This document shows, piece after piece, positions 37,900 to 48,633 of a DNA stretch of 64,000 nt. The notes beneath the pieces were generated by a model that saw only the letters and a list, made by a program, of their open reading frames with translations, had not been told where the DNA came from and did no database searches. The DNA is from Candidatus Hadarchaeales archaeon. Lineage in GTDB: Archaea > Hadarchaeota > Hadarchaeia > Hadarchaeales > Hadarchaeaceae. The stretch spans positions 5,842-69,841 of the forward strand of contig JAWBCC010000001.1 in the NCBI GenBank assembly GCA_038823825.1. Direction: 5' to 3'. The translations under genes and the position numbers were made by a program. The stretch's first letter is position 1; every line of letters begins with the position of its first letter.

Positions 37900-38367
37900 C
37901 TAGTAGAGCGCGTTGTCCATCAGATAGAGCTGCAGGTTGTTCCATGAGTTGCCCGGAACGGCTGGACCAGCATCTCCAACGGTGACCTTTAGCTCCAGTG
38001 ATTGGCCGCTGTTAAGGGTGAATCCATAGTTGACTCCGTCTGCCCAGACTTTGTTGGCTGAAGTTGGCCACGGATAAGCGCAGGCATACCACAGTCTGTC
38101 TCCAGTAACGCTATCAACGTTACTTATCAGGGTCAAAGTTTTTGTCTCTCCGCTCTGGTTATAAACAGTATATTTGATATTTGCAGCTCCGTTGTCGGGT
38201 ATCTGGAAATTCGTGTTTTCCATCACTCCCCAGACTCCGACGTTTTCAACTATTGTTGCGGTAAAAGTCGTTGTCTGGTATGTGTAGAGAACTGCACCGG
38301 ACGCGACTGCAGCTCCGAGGACCACGAGCAACCAGAGGGGAACGATTCTTCTTGTAGCTCTTTTCAT
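37900..38367 (-). CDS. small secreted/anchored beta-rich protein, partner of the GH gene
   Basis: Signal anchor, then VASGAVLYTYQTTTF, matching VASGVVYYTYCETKF at the GH N-terminus. Same architecture as 6433..6927. Confidence 0.5.
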   Translation of the reverse strand: MKRATRRIVPLWLLVVLGAAVASGAVLYTYQTTTFTATIVENVGVWGVMENTNFQIPDNGAANIKYTVYNQSGETKTLTLISNVDSVTGDRLWYACAYPWPTSANKVWADGVNYGFTLNSGQSLELKVTVGDAGPAVPGNSWNNLQLYLMDNALY

Positions 38368-38482
38368 TTTTTACCTCCGATTGCTCCTGATTTTCGGGAT
38401 ATTTAAAAGAGTGGAGCTAATTTTGGATATTTTTTGAAGACGAACGGAGAAATTTTATTAATTTCACAGCTAAGAGCTACTT

Positions 38483-38965
38483 ATGTTGCTCAGAGATTGG
38501 ATTGCGCCGATGTTGGGAATTGTGGGCGGGATCCTTGTCTTATTGAGTGTTTTTGCCCCATGGTATCCTGCTAGCGGAAGGTTCACTTTCTCATGCATAA
38601 CTCTGCTCATGAAAAGGAGCGGCGGCCCTCTCATGTTCCATATTTTTCTGCTGTTTTTCGGAGGGTTCATCCTTTTGTTTGGCGGAATTCTAGCAAGATT
38701 TCTATCGAGGAAAGACATGGGGAATATTTTTTTCATCGGCTCCGTTATCGGAATAATCGGGGTCGCGTTAACCCTTTGGTATCTGAAAGGTGGTTTTACA
38801 TTAAGTAATCCGGCGCCCGGCTTGTACATGTTTTTCTCTTCTCCTGTTGGGTGGTGGAGGCTGCTTACAGATCTCTCGTACGGGTTTTACATGGCGATTG
38901 CTGGAGTACTGGCGGGGATTTCTGGATTTTTCCTCTCGACTTCGTGGCGTGAAAGGAAAGATTAG
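38483..38965 (+). CDS. integral membrane protein (about 4 TM), unknown function
   Basis: Hydrophobic segments only. Confidence 0.4.
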   Translation: MLLRDWIAPMLGIVGGILVLLSVFAPWYPASGRFTFSCITLLMKRSGGPLMFHIFLLFFGGFILLFGGILARFLSRKDMGNIFFIGSVIGIIGVALTLWYLKGGFTLSNPAPGLYMFFSSPVGWWRLLTDLSYGFYMAIAGVLAGISGFFLSTSWRERKD

Positions 38966-39040
38966 CGGGCCCGAGGGGATTCGAACCCCCGACCTGCCGG
39001 TTAAGAGCCGGCCGCTCCGACCAGACTGAGCTACGGGCCC
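38966..39040 (-). tRNA. tRNA-Lys (anticodon CTT), CCA not encoded
   Basis: Hand-folded: 75 nt, anticodon loop CTCTTAA, T-loop TTCGAAT. Confidence 0.9.
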
Positions 39041-39101
39041 GTCAGTTTGTTATTAGTTTTCCAAAAATTTAAAAATCAAGCCACATCTGTTATTAACCAA
39101 T

Positions 39102-39920
39102 TTGGGCTATCCTTCTTCGGAGGAGTCGATGGTTCTGGTGTTTGTTGGCCTTGGCCTCGAAAAAGGAGGGATTTCACTACGTGGGATAGAAGAGGCAAAG
39201 AAGGCCGATGCGGTATATCTTGAGACATATACCAGCATAGTTCCCGGGTTAAGCGTCTCTTACTTGCAGGAACTCACAGGAAAAAAAGTGAAGGTACTGG
39301 ACAGGAGGGTGCTTGAGGAGGAGCCTCATGAGATTCTCGAAAAAGCAAGGGATGGCAGGGTGGTTCTACTAATTCCGGGAGATCCAATGGTCGCCACAAC
39401 TCACATCGATTTGAGACTGAGAGCCGCAAAGATGAACGTGGAAACAAAAATAGTTCATGCAGGTTCGATTCTCTCCGCCGTGGCCGGGGTTTGTGGGCTC
39501 CAGAGTTATAAATTCGGTCCCTCGGCAACAATTCCCTTTCCGGACAATCCCTCAGCAAGACCATATGAGGTTCTCGCGGATAACAGAAAAAGAGGATTTC
39601 ACACCCTTCTTTTTCTAGATATCCGGGCTGAGGAAGGAAGGGTGATGAGCGCAAACCAAGGGATGGAGATAATGCTTGGGCACGAACTCGTGCGCCGGGA
39701 ATCGATTTTCACTCCGAAGACTCTTGTGGTAGTTGTGGCTAGGGCAGGTTGCGAAGATGAGTTGGTCAGAGCTGGCAGAGTGGAGGAAATGCTGGGTGTG
39801 GATTTTGGTCCTCCGCCTCACTCTTTGGTGGTTCCTGGCAGGCTTCACTTCATAGAAGCTGAAGCTCTGAAGGTTTTTGCTCGTGCGCCGGAGGATGCCG
39901 TAGATGAGCTTGTCGGATGA
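39102..39920 (+). CDS. dph5: diphthine synthase
   Basis: Tetrapyrrole-methylase fold with the archaeal Dph5 pattern (GLGL, LLIPGDPMVATTH, HTLLFLDI, GPPPHSLVVPGRLH). Confidence 0.8.
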   Translation: MGYPSSEESMVLVFVGLGLEKGGISLRGIEEAKKADAVYLETYTSIVPGLSVSYLQELTGKKVKVLDRRVLEEEPHEILEKARDGRVVLLIPGDPMVATTHIDLRLRAAKMNVETKIVHAGSILSAVAGVCGLQSYKFGPSATIPFPDNPSARPYEVLADNRKRGFHTLLFLDIRAEEGRVMSANQGMEIMLGHELVRRESIFTPKTLVVVVARAGCEDELVRAGRVEEMLGVDFGPPPHSLVVPGRLHFIEAEALKVFARAPEDAVDELVG

Positions 39921-40161
39921 CCTCTTGAACGAAATTGAGAAGTGGAAGGCGAAATTAGATAAAGGTATCTTGACCGCTGCTCCGATCGATTCAGTAGGTG
40001 AAGCAATGCTTTCGAATATAAAAGCGTATAGACAAGACTGCGATCACTTTCTGAGGAAGGGGGATCTGGTTAGGAGTTTTGAGTGCTTGGTCTGGGCTTG
40101 GGCTTATCTCGAGATTGGACAGAATCTTGGACATATTGTGAAGAAATCTCCGTCTGCATAG
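39904..40161 (+). CDS. small conserved hypothetical protein (85 aa), overlaps the dph5 3' end
   Basis: ORF translationally coupled to dph5. No recognisable motif. Confidence 0.4.
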   Translation: MSLSDDLLNEIEKWKAKLDKGILTAAPIDSVGEAMLSNIKAYRQDCDHFLRKGDLVRSFECLVWAWAYLEIGQNLGHIVKKSPSA

Positions 40162-40234
40162 ACCCGAAAATTTGCGATGGATTTCTTTAGATAGACAGAT
40201 TTAAAGCATGCTTTGATGATAGATTGGGGAGAGC

Positions 40235-40900
40235 ATGAAGCTTGATGAAATAGTGAGAGAAAAATACCCGAACTTTATCGCTGGATACGTGCTCGCTACC
40301 GGCGTGACCGTAGAAACGGATGTGGAAACCCTGAACAATAGATTGTCATCTGTGCTTTCCGAAATCAAAGCCAAGTTCGCGCAGACTCAGGTAACGGAAA
40401 TACCGGAGATAAAGGCTTACAGAGAATTCTTCAAGCAGATGGGTAGAGACCCGTCGAGTTTCAGACCCTCTGTGGAGTATTTGCTTAGGAAAACGCTCGA
40501 AGATCAGTTTCCGAGGATAAACAACGTCGTGGACTCCTGCATGCTGGCTTCCGTTGAGCACATGGTGTCGGCCGGAGTTTACGATCTTCAGAAAGTTGTG
40601 GGAGAGCTCCGAACGACTCTGGCCAGTCCAGACGATAAACCGATAGAGTTGATAGATGGTCGGAAACTTCAGCCTCTGCCCGGCGAGATAGTTTTGAAAG
40701 ATGACCAAAAGATACTTTCGGCTTACACACTTGGCGACTCGAAGATAAGCAAAATAACCTATGGGACATCTTCCGTGATTTTCGTTCTCTGGAATGCGCC
40801 GGGGATTCCGAGAGAGAATGTTGAAAGAGCAGTCGAGAGTCTTGCGCTTTACGCTAGGAAATACTGCGGCGGTTATGTGGACAAAAAAGAGATTCTGTGA
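40235..40900 (+). CDS. B3/4 (PheT-like tRNA-binding) domain protein
   Basis: Length and pattern typical of stand-alone B3/B4 domain proteins. Assignment from recall only. Confidence 0.4.
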   Translation: MKLDEIVREKYPNFIAGYVLATGVTVETDVETLNNRLSSVLSEIKAKFAQTQVTEIPEIKAYREFFKQMGRDPSSFRPSVEYLLRKTLEDQFPRINNVVDSCMLASVEHMVSAGVYDLQKVVGELRTTLASPDDKPIELIDGRKLQPLPGEIVLKDDQKILSAYTLGDSKISKITYGTSSVIFVLWNAPGIPRENVERAVESLALYARKYCGGYVDKKEIL

Positions 40901-40909
40901 GAGTCGGAG

Positions 40910-41125
40910 ATGTATCCGCTCAGTCTACTGGGCATCGTCCTGATCCTGCTCGGTTTAGCTTTTCTCATAGCTCCGATAATTGCGCGCTATTTTGACGTGG
41001 AGCGGATTCCTTCTTGGCTTATTTACGTTTATCGGTCAGATGGTTTCTACTTCGTCACCTCGCCGATCTTGATCCTGATTTCTTTCGTTTTGCTTATACT
41101 TCATCTGCTGGAGGTTCTACGGTGA
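40910..41125 (+). CDS. small membrane protein (71 aa)
   Basis: Two hydrophobic helices. The stop overlaps the GTG start of the next gene. Confidence 0.3.
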   Translation: MYPLSLLGIVLILLGLAFLIAPIIARYFDVERIPSWLIYVYRSDGFYFVTSPILILISFVLLILHLLEVLR

Positions 41126-42300
41126 CATCAAATTTTCATACCGTTCATATTCGGAAAGGTATGAATTCTGAAAATACGGCTATATTGGGGCCTGGCTGGG
41201 GACTCGGTAAATTTCTGACATTTTTCGAAAATCCAGTTGAGGTGGTGATCATGAAGGGATCAATTCGTAGATTTTTTAGAAAATTGTCTACGCTTCTTGA
41301 CGATGGTTTGATTGGAATCGGATATTTCGGCTACGAGCTTTCACAGGATTTCTTGCCCGTAAGATTTCGTGCGAATAAGCTAAAGATTGGAATTCCACCA
41401 TCGGCGTTCATGTTTTTCGACGGCGGTGCCAAGATTTCGAAAATGTTTGTAGGAAAAGACGGTGAGACAAAAATAGAACCAACGATTGAGAAGAGAGAAT
41501 TCCTCCGAATGGTCGAAAGAATAAAGGAATACATCGCGGAGGGCGATGTGTATGAAGTCAACATCTCGCAGCGTTTCGACTTTGTAAGCAGCTGTAAACC
41601 TTTGGAAATCTTTTCAAACCTCATTAGGGCTCAGCCCGCACCTTTTACGTGTTTTCTCGATTTTTCAGATTTTCAGATAATCAGCGGATCTATGGAGCTC
41701 TTTCTGAAAAGAAATGGAAAAAGAATTATGACCAGACCGATAAAGGGCACCAGACCGAGGCATCCGAACGTGAGGATTGACAGAGAGATGGTTAAAGATC
41801 TCAGAGAAAGTGAAAAGGAAAGAGCCGAGAATCTGATGATAGTTGACCTCATGAGGAACGATTTGTCTAAAGTCTGCGAATTTGGAAGTGTTCGAGTTAC
41901 GAAATTATTTGAAGTTGAGGGTTTCTCTACTCTCTATCAAATGTTCTCAGAGGTTATTGGCAGACTGAGAAACGGAATGAGTTTGCAGGACATCTTGGTG
42001 GCAACGTTTCCGCCAGGCTCCGTTACCGGGGCGCCCAAAATGCGGGCAATGGAAATCATCGAAGAGCTCGAACCACACAGAAGGGAACCATACTGTGGTG
42101 CAACGGCGGTTGTCATGCCAGCTGGAGACTTCACAATGAGTGTTGCGATAAGGACAATGGCAATGAGAAATGGTTATGGGGCTTTTTGGGTTGGCGGGGG
42201 AATAACATGGGACTCGGATCCGGAGGCGGAATATGATGAGACCGTTGTGAAAGCCGTTGCAACCTGCAAAGCCCTGGGATTGGAAAAACTTGAGGTGTGA
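41122..42300 (+). CDS. pabB: aminodeoxychorismate/anthranilate synthase component I-like chorismate-binding enzyme
   Basis: Chorismate-binding C-terminal domain motifs (GSVTGAPK, PYCGA, GGGIT-DSDPE-E). Confidence 0.7.
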   Translation: MTSNFHTVHIRKGMNSENTAILGPGWGLGKFLTFFENPVEVVIMKGSIRRFFRKLSTLLDDGLIGIGYFGYELSQDFLPVRFRANKLKIGIPPSAFMFFDGGAKISKMFVGKDGETKIEPTIEKREFLRMVERIKEYIAEGDVYEVNISQRFDFVSSCKPLEIFSNLIRAQPAPFTCFLDFSDFQIISGSMELFLKRNGKRIMTRPIKGTRPRHPNVRIDREMVKDLRESEKERAENLMIVDLMRNDLSKVCEFGSVRVTKLFEVEGFSTLYQMFSEVIGRLRNGMSLQDILVATFPPGSVTGAPKMRAMEIIEELEPHRREPYCGATAVVMPAGDFTMSVAIRTMAMRNGYGAFWVGGGITWDSDPEAEYDETVVKAVATCKALGLEKLEV

Positions 42301-42303
42301 GGC

Positions 42304-43068
42304 TTGATTTGCAGGTCGACGCTTTACGGGGAAGGGGTCTTTGAAACTTTCAGGTGTTTTCACGGTCTTCCCGTTTTTCTGAGGAAGCACTTTGAGAGGA
42401 TGAAGATGGGAGCCAAGCTTCTTAGAATCCCGACTCCGGGCTGGAGGGAATTCAAACAAACAGTTAAAGAGAAGATCGATGTCTCTGCAGATCTGCGCGT
42501 GAAGGTCTGTCTGTTTTCATTTGGATCGCAAGTGTTTGATGAGAAACCTAAGGAAAGCGAGCTCGTCTGCTTTATTTCAAGATATGAGCGACCAAGAAAA
42601 CCACTTAGATTACATTTGGTTTCCTTTCCGAGAAACTCGAAGTCACCAGTCGTCAGGATAAAATCTCTAAACTACTTGGAAAACGTTCTCGGGAGAAGAG
42701 AAGCCAAGGAAATGGGTTTTGATGAGGGACTATTCTTAAATGAGCGAGGAGAAGTCGCGGAATGTTGTGCTTCAAACATCTTCTGGATGAAGGACGAGGT
42801 CATTTATACACCCGATGAATCTTGTGGTCTTCTTCCGGGAATAACCCGAGAATTGGTTCTTTCTCTTGCTCCCAAGCTAGGATTTAAGGTTAAAGAAGGG
42901 AGATACGGACTGAAAAATTTGCTGGAGTCCGACTGTGTTTTTTTGACAAATTCTCTCATCGGGGCGCACAGAGTTGAAGAGATAGAAGGTTTTAAGATTC
43001 GGGGAAAGAATAAAAATTTTGCAGAACTACAGCTGGAAATCTTCCGCACACTGAAATGGCTTCCGTGA
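42304..43068 (+). CDS. pabC: class IV aminotransferase-fold protein (aminodeoxychorismate lyase-like)
   Basis: Fold-type IV PLP enzyme motifs (GEGVFET, E-xxSNIF...). Immediately follows the pabB-like gene. Confidence 0.6.
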   Translation: MICRSTLYGEGVFETFRCFHGLPVFLRKHFERMKMGAKLLRIPTPGWREFKQTVKEKIDVSADLRVKVCLFSFGSQVFDEKPKESELVCFISRYERPRKPLRLHLVSFPRNSKSPVVRIKSLNYLENVLGRREAKEMGFDEGLFLNERGEVAECCASNIFWMKDEVIYTPDESCGLLPGITRELVLSLAPKLGFKVKEGRYGLKNLLESDCVFLTNSLIGAHRVEEIEGFKIRGKNKNFAELQLEIFRTLKWLP

Positions 43069-43129
43069 AGAGCCGAACGAACAGACATCTTTTTATTCTT
43101 TCACTTTTGATTTCTTTCGAGGTGGACAT

Positions 43130-44116
43130 TTGGCAAAAATATATTATGACAAGGATGCGGATTTGAGTATCCTAAAGGACAAGACTATTGCGATTATAGG
43201 TTATGGAAATCAGGGACATGCGCAGGCGAACAATCTGCGCGATTCCGGTTGCAGGGTTATAATCGGAAGCATAAGAGATGCGAGTTATGAGCAAGCTGTC
43301 CGCGATGGTTTTGAAGTCTATTCGATTTCGGAAGCGGCTGAAATCGGAGATATTGTCCACATGCTGATTCCAGATGAATATCAGGCCGAGGTTTACAACA
43401 GGGACATAGCAAAACACATGAAACACGGGAAAGCTCTCTGCTTTAGTCATGGGTTTAACATTCATTTCAAGCAGATCGTTCCCCCCAAAGACGTCGATGT
43501 TATAATGATCGCTCCAAAGGGACCGGGCGCTCTTGTTCGTCGTATGTATCTTCAGGGAAGCGGAGTTCCGGGCTTGCTTGCCGTTGAACAGGATGCAAGC
43601 GGTATGGCTAAACAGATCGCTCTGGCACTGGCGAAGGGCGTGGGCTTGACTCGCATAGGCGTTATTGAGACGACCTTCAAGGAGGAGGTGGAAACCGATC
43701 TCTTTGGTGAACAGGTAGTTCTCTGTGGTGGCGTAACTGAACTCATAAAAGCAGGTTTTGAGACGCTAGTCGAAGCGGGATATCAGCCGGAGGTCGCTTA
43801 CTTCGAATGCCTGAACGAACTCAAACTGATAGTAGATCTAATCTATGAACACGGCATAGAAGGTATGTGGAAAGCAGTAAGCAATACGGCAGAATACGGC
43901 GGAAGAACGAGGGGTCCGAGAATAATAGATTCTCATGTTCGGGAGACTATAATGAAGATTCTTAAAGATATCCAGAGCGGAGATTTCGCGAGAGAATGGG
44001 TGGAGGAAGCCAAAAAGGGAATCCCAACGCTCAAGCGCATGAGGGAAGAAGGAAAAGAGCATCTCATAGAGAAGGTGGGGAGAGAACTTCGCAAGTGGGC
44101 GGGAATAGAAAAGTAA
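43130..44116 (+). CDS. ilvC: ketol-acid reductoisomerase
   Basis: [10 protein letters not shown] Rossmann motif, about 330 aa class I KARI. Confidence 0.9.
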   Translation: MAKIYYDKDADLSILKDKTIAIIGYGNQGHAQANNLRDSGCRVIIGSIRDASYEQAVRDGFEVYSISEAAEIGDIVHMLIPDEYQAEVYNRDIAKHMKHGKALCFSHGFNIHFKQIVPPKDVDVIMIAPKGPGALVRRMYLQGSGVPGLLAVEQDASGMAKQIALALAKGVGLTRIGVIETTFKEEVETDLFGEQVVLCGGVTELIKAGFETLVEAGYQPEVAYFECLNELKLIVDLIYEHGIEGMWKAVSNTAEYGGRTRGPRIIDSHVRETIMKILKDIQSGDFAREWVEEAKKGIPTLKRMREEGKEHLIEKVGRELRKWAGIEK

Positions 44117-44224
44117 AAGTGCAATCTGTGCTACCGCCGCGTGAATATTCATAGTTTTCGTTTTTTCCCAAAGATTGGAAAAATTTTAAATTGAAACAGT
44201 TCAAAGGATACGCCGGAGGTTGCC

Positions 44225-45901
44225 TTGAAGTTTAGGAGTAAAGAGGTTGTTGAGGGACTTGAAAGTCTGCCCAGAAGAGCACTTCTGAAAGCGGTTGGAG
44301 TAACCGATGCGGAGATGGAAAAACCTTTTGTCGGGATAGCGAATTCTTATACGAACGTAGTTCCCGGTCACATTCATCTTCGTGAGATTTCCCGCGCAGT
44401 CGCGGAAGGGGTAATTGCTGGTGGAGGAATTCCTTTCGAGTTCAACACAATTGCGATCTGCGATGGAATAGCGATGGGAACAAAAGGGATGTGTTATTCT
44501 CTTCCATCCCGGGAGCTTATTGCCGATAGCGTGGAGACGATGGTCGAAGCACATAGATTTGATGCTCTGATTTGTGTGGCAAGCTGTGACAAGATAGTTC
44601 CTGGAATGCTTATGGCAATCGCCAGACTAGACATCCCGGCGATAATGGTGACCGGGGGGCCAATGTTTCCAGGTAAGTGGCAGGGACAGAACCTAGACGT
44701 CATAAGCGCTTTCGAAGCTGTTGGTGCTGTGAAAGCTGGGAAAATGACGCAGGCGGAGGCTCTAGAAATCGAAGATAGGGCTTGTCCGGGGTGCGGCTCA
44801 TGTGCCGGTCTCTTCACAGCCAACACAATGGCATGTCTCACAGAAGCGCTCGGCATGTCTCTGCCGGGAACCGCGACAGCCCACGCAGCAGACGCAAAGA
44901 AAATCAGACTAGCCAAGAGGGCTGGACTTCAGGTGTTGAAACTTCTTAAGATGAAACTCATCCCGAGCAAAATAATGACGCGCAAAGCCTTTGAGAACGC
45001 GATCACAGTGGATATGGCTTTAGGAGGTTCCACGAACACGCTGCTCCATCTTCCGGCAATCGCCAATGAACTCGGAATAAATTTGGATTTGAATATTTTC
45101 GATAGAATAAGTCGACGCGTTCCAACGATTTGCTCCATACGACCAAACGGTCCGCATACGATGTGGGATCTCGAACAAGCGGGTGGGATCCCAGCTGTTA
45201 TGAAGCGTCTTGGTAAGCTGATCTGTGGAAGTCCTCTCACGGTAACCGGCCGAACAGTTGCTGAAAATCTTAAGTATGTCAAACTAGTTGAGACGGACGT
45301 CATAAGACCTCTCGGCAGACCATACATGAGAGAGGGGGGCATAGCGGTTCTTTACGGCTCACTTGCTCCGGCTGGTTCGGTTGTTAAATTTGCCGGCGTT
45401 CCACCCCAGATGCGCAAGCACAGAGGCCCGGCAAAAGTTTTTGACAGCGAAGAAGACGCAGTCAAGGCGATCTATAATGGTGAGGTAAAGAATGGCGACG
45501 TTGTGGTCATAAGGTATGAAGGGCCTAAGGGAGGACCTGGCATGAGGGAGATGTTGGGCCCGACTTCTGCGATCTCTGGCATGGGTATCCGGGCAGCTCT
45601 AGTAACAGATGGGAGATTTTCTGGGGGGACTAGAGGACTCTGCATTGGTCATGTCTCCCCAGAAGCAGCTGAAGGAGGACCGATTGCGGTGGTCAAAGAT
45701 GGCGACGAGATTCTGATTGATCTTCCGAATAGAAAAATCGATTTGTTAATTCCGAGAGATGAGTTGGAGAGCAGACTTAAGAGGCTAAAGCCTAAACCAC
45801 CAAAATTCAAGAAAGGATATCTTGCTTTTTACTCTCGCATAGTTTCTTCAGCAGCCGAGGGCGCAGTCAGGAAAATCGCCAAACTTTCTAACAAAATGTA
45901 A
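44225..45901 (+). CDS. ilvD: dihydroxy-acid dehydratase
   Basis: ILVD/EDD family motifs (CDKIVPG, SGGT...). Confidence 0.9.
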   Translation: MKFRSKEVVEGLESLPRRALLKAVGVTDAEMEKPFVGIANSYTNVVPGHIHLREISRAVAEGVIAGGGIPFEFNTIAICDGIAMGTKGMCYSLPSRELIADSVETMVEAHRFDALICVASCDKIVPGMLMAIARLDIPAIMVTGGPMFPGKWQGQNLDVISAFEAVGAVKAGKMTQAEALEIEDRACPGCGSCAGLFTANTMACLTEALGMSLPGTATAHAADAKKIRLAKRAGLQVLKLLKMKLIPSKIMTRKAFENAITVDMALGGSTNTLLHLPAIANELGINLDLNIFDRISRRVPTICSIRPNGPHTMWDLEQAGGIPAVMKRLGKLICGSPLTVTGRTVAENLKYVKLVETDVIRPLGRPYMREGGIAVLYGSLAPAGSVVKFAGVPPQMRKHRGPAKVFDSEEDAVKAIYNGEVKNGDVVVIRYEGPKGGPGMREMLGPTSAISGMGIRAALVTDGRFSGGTRGLCIGHVSPEAAEGGPIAVVKDGDEILIDLPNRKIDLLIPRDELESRLKRLKPKPPKFKKGYLAFYSRIVSSAAEGAVRKIAKLSNKM

Positions 45902-45963
45902 AGCTTCTTAAAGTCCTATCAAAAAAGTTAAAAACTTTTCACTGTTTATTCTGCTGGAGAAAA

Positions 45964-47112
45964 ATGCAGAAACTGAAGGTTGGAATTCTGGGTGCGACGG
46001 GCGAGGTAGGCCAGAAGTTCGTGGTAAATCTTCAAAATCATCCATGGTTTGAAATTCAAAGTCTTTTCGCCTCAGAAAGGTCTGCGGGCAAGACATATGG
46101 CGAGGCCTTAGGTTATGGAACTGACTCATCAAGATGGTTTCTTCAAGAAGAGCCCCGGCCAGAGATCTTGGAGATAAGAGTAGAAAACGTCAAAGAGGCG
46201 GTCAGAGAAAAGTGTGATCTCATCTTCTCCGCTCTCCCTTCTGAGATAGCTCTAGAAATAGAGGGAGAAGTCGCTAAAGAAAAACCGGTAGTCAGCACAG
46301 CCTCCGCCTACAGATATTTTGAAGACAGTTTCACATACCTTCCAGGAGTCAATGAAGATCACGTGCAGATGATAGAAGTTCAAAGGAGAAACAGGGGATG
46401 GAAGGGCTTCGTTGTTCCTCAGCCAAATTGCACAACAATTGGGCTGGTTTTATCTCTGAAACCGATTTACGATGCCTTCGGTCTGGAGAGCGTGATAATG
46501 GCCTCAATGCAAGCTGTATCCGGAGCCGGTTATGAAGCCGTCGTTGAATGGGCAAAGCAGAGATCGGAAGTCGGTTCGAAATTACCATCCGTTCTTCAGG
46601 AGTACAGACCGAGAATGTTCGAAGGGAATGTGATTCCATACATAAAGGGCGAAGAAGAGAAGGTCAAGAAGGAAACGGTGAAACTCTTAGGTCGCTTTGA
46701 CGGGGGTAGAATAATTCCAGCAGATTTAAAGATCACGTGTAAGTGTAACAGAGTTCCGGTTCATCACGGTCATACAGAGTCGGTCTTCATCCAGACGAGA
46801 AAAGATTGTTCTGTTGAAGATTTGATAAATGTGTGGAAGAGTTATAAAGGAGAACCACAGAGACTTGGTCTACCGACTGCGCCCAAGAACCCGATTGTTG
46901 TGATGGAGGAAAGAGACAGACCACAACCTAGGTTTGACGTGCTCATTGAGGGAGGAATGGCCGTAGTTGTCGGAGGAATTGAAGCCAACTGTTTTGAAAG
47001 AGGTTTCCAGTACACCGTGTTGTCCCATAACACGGAGTTGGGGGCAGCAAAAGGAGCCGTTCTAGCTGCAGAGTATCTCTACAAAACCGGATGGATTCCG
47101 CTGCGAGCATGA
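45964..47112 (+). CDS. asd: aspartate-semialdehyde dehydrogenase
   Basis: N-terminal GATGEVG NAD(P) motif, active-site Cys in QPNCTTIG. Confidence 0.75.
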   Translation: MQKLKVGILGATGEVGQKFVVNLQNHPWFEIQSLFASERSAGKTYGEALGYGTDSSRWFLQEEPRPEILEIRVENVKEAVREKCDLIFSALPSEIALEIEGEVAKEKPVVSTASAYRYFEDSFTYLPGVNEDHVQMIEVQRRNRGWKGFVVPQPNCTTIGLVLSLKPIYDAFGLESVIMASMQAVSGAGYEAVVEWAKQRSEVGSKLPSVLQEYRPRMFEGNVIPYIKGEEEKVKKETVKLLGRFDGGRIIPADLKITCKCNRVPVHHGHTESVFIQTRKDCSVEDLINVWKSYKGEPQRLGLPTAPKNPIVVMEERDRPQPRFDVLIEGGMAVVVGGIEANCFERGFQYTVLSHNTELGAAKGAVLAAEYLYKTGWIPLRA

Positions 47113-47119
47113 AAAATTT

Positions 47120-47764
47120 TCACTTGAAGACTTCACCTGTTTTTCTGTACCAAAGCACGAAATCCAAATGCGACATGGGAATTCCCAATTCATCCGAGAA
47201 TTTTCTCATCTTTTGCTCGATCGAAAGGTAAGTTTTTTTATTCAGGTTTTTTGGAATCTCGTCTATAACTCCGAATTCCAGCAGGCTTCTGAGTATATGC
47301 CTGTCGAGTATCGCCAGATCTCTCCCCCAGCCGATATTTCTCAGAAAGTGGCTGGCTTCTTTGTATCCAAGCCCCTTGACCTCTTTTACAAGGAATTCTC
47401 TGGCTTCCATGGGATTATTCAAGAATTTTGTAAGCTCTTCTCTTATCACAAGTTTTCCACCTTTTGTGAATCTCTTTCTGGCTTCAATGATATATCTCGC
47501 CTTTTTTCTCCAGAATCTTATCGGACGTAGAAATTCCGCAATTTCTTTTTCTCCTCCAGAGAAAAGTGTCCGACTTTTTTCGAGTTTCTCAACTGTCTCC
47601 CAGCAAACTTTCGCTTTCGACTGAGGCGTAAGAAGGCAGAAGGCTAGCTCAGAGAAGACTTTCTCATCGTCTGTTCTCCACGTTTTTTCGAACTCCCGAA
47701 GCCTGCGCTCTATTTCGCTTTTTATTTTTCCATGAATTTCGAGGAGTTCTGTCTTCCCCTTCAA
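47120..47764 (-). CDS. ogg: N-glycosylase/DNA lyase (archaeal Ogg2-type 8-oxoguanine glycosylase). The ORF reaches 47959; the start is placed at the TTG that overlaps the upstream stop.
   Basis: HhH-GPD signature GLGYKEASHFLRNIG...LAILDRHI, characteristic of Ogg2. Confidence 0.6.
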   Translation of the reverse strand: MKGKTELLEIHGKIKSEIERRLREFEKTWRTDDEKVFSELAFCLLTPQSKAKVCWETVEKLEKSRTLFSGGEKEIAEFLRPIRFWRKKARYIIEARKRFTKGGKLVIREELTKFLNNPMEAREFLVKEVKGLGYKEASHFLRNIGWGRDLAILDRHILRSLLEFGVIDEIPKNLNKKTYLSIEQKMRKFSDELGIPMSHLDFVLWYRKTGEVFK

Positions 47765-48633
47765 GCGAATTCCCTTCTTTCGGTTAGGATAATGCTCGCG
47801 AGGAGGAGAAAAACTGAGTAGGAGAGTAAGAGTATAGAGCTCGTGAGAGGTTCTGGGGTCTTTATCTGAGCCGATATTCCGAAAGCGCCATAAACGCTTT
47901 CGAGGCTCACATTGTAGGTTGCGCTTATCGCGTCCGCGGCTCTGTCTGGCATGAACCATGGGTCATAGCCGGCGTAAACCAAAGACGTTGATATTATGCT
48001 GAAGATGATCATGTATGTAAGTAGCGTGGCAACCGTTGCCCCCATGCCTCCTCGCATCAACGAACTGAAGATGAACGTCATTGCAACCATGAAAGTGGCC
48101 ACGGCGAAAGCCACTCCCAGGGATCCGAGCATTCCGAACGGTACCGTGCCGTATAGTCCAAGAATGGAGAGAGCGGAAACCGCATAGCCAACTGCGAGGA
48201 GGGATATCGTGGCTATCAGACAGGCGAAATATTTACCCGCCACGATTGTTTTTCGCCCCACCGGTGAGGAAAACAGAAAGACTCCTGTTTTTCGCTCAAA
48301 CTCTGAAGCTATTGCATCTCCAGCGAAGAATACGGAAAATAGGAGGGCTATAGACGGTCCAACAGAGCCAGTAAAGACTGCGAAAAACTCCGGACTATCT
48401 TTTATTCCGTACTGATCGAGGATCATCTCTCCGGTTTCCCTAGGAATATTCTCAGGCAAACGTTCGAGAAGACTTTCACGCATCTTTCCCGGAATGTCTA
48501 TAGAACGGTAAAGAAAGGTCATCAGAAAGGTCGCGAGTAGAACTGCTGCCAACGCTCCGTAAAAGCGCTTTCTTCGCAAATGTTTCAGCAGCTCATACTT
48601 GAAAACAGTCTTGAACTTGTTCATGTCAACCAC
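47761..48633 (-). CDS. ABC-2 type exporter permease
   Basis: Six predicted TM helices. Coupled to the ATPase upstream. Confidence 0.6.
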   Translation of the reverse strand: MVDMNKFKTVFKYELLKHLRRKRFYGALAAVLLATFLMTFLYRSIDIPGKMRESLLERLPENIPRETGEMILDQYGIKDSPEFFAVFTGSVGPSIALLFSVFFAGDAIASEFERKTGVFLFSSPVGRKTIVAGKYFACLIATISLLAVGYAVSALSILGLYGTVPFGMLGSLGVAFAVATFMVAMTFIFSSLMRGGMGATVATLLTYMIIFSIISTSLVYAGYDPWFMPDRAADAISATYNVSLESVYGAFGISAQIKTPEPLTSSILLLSYSVFLLLASIILTERREFA

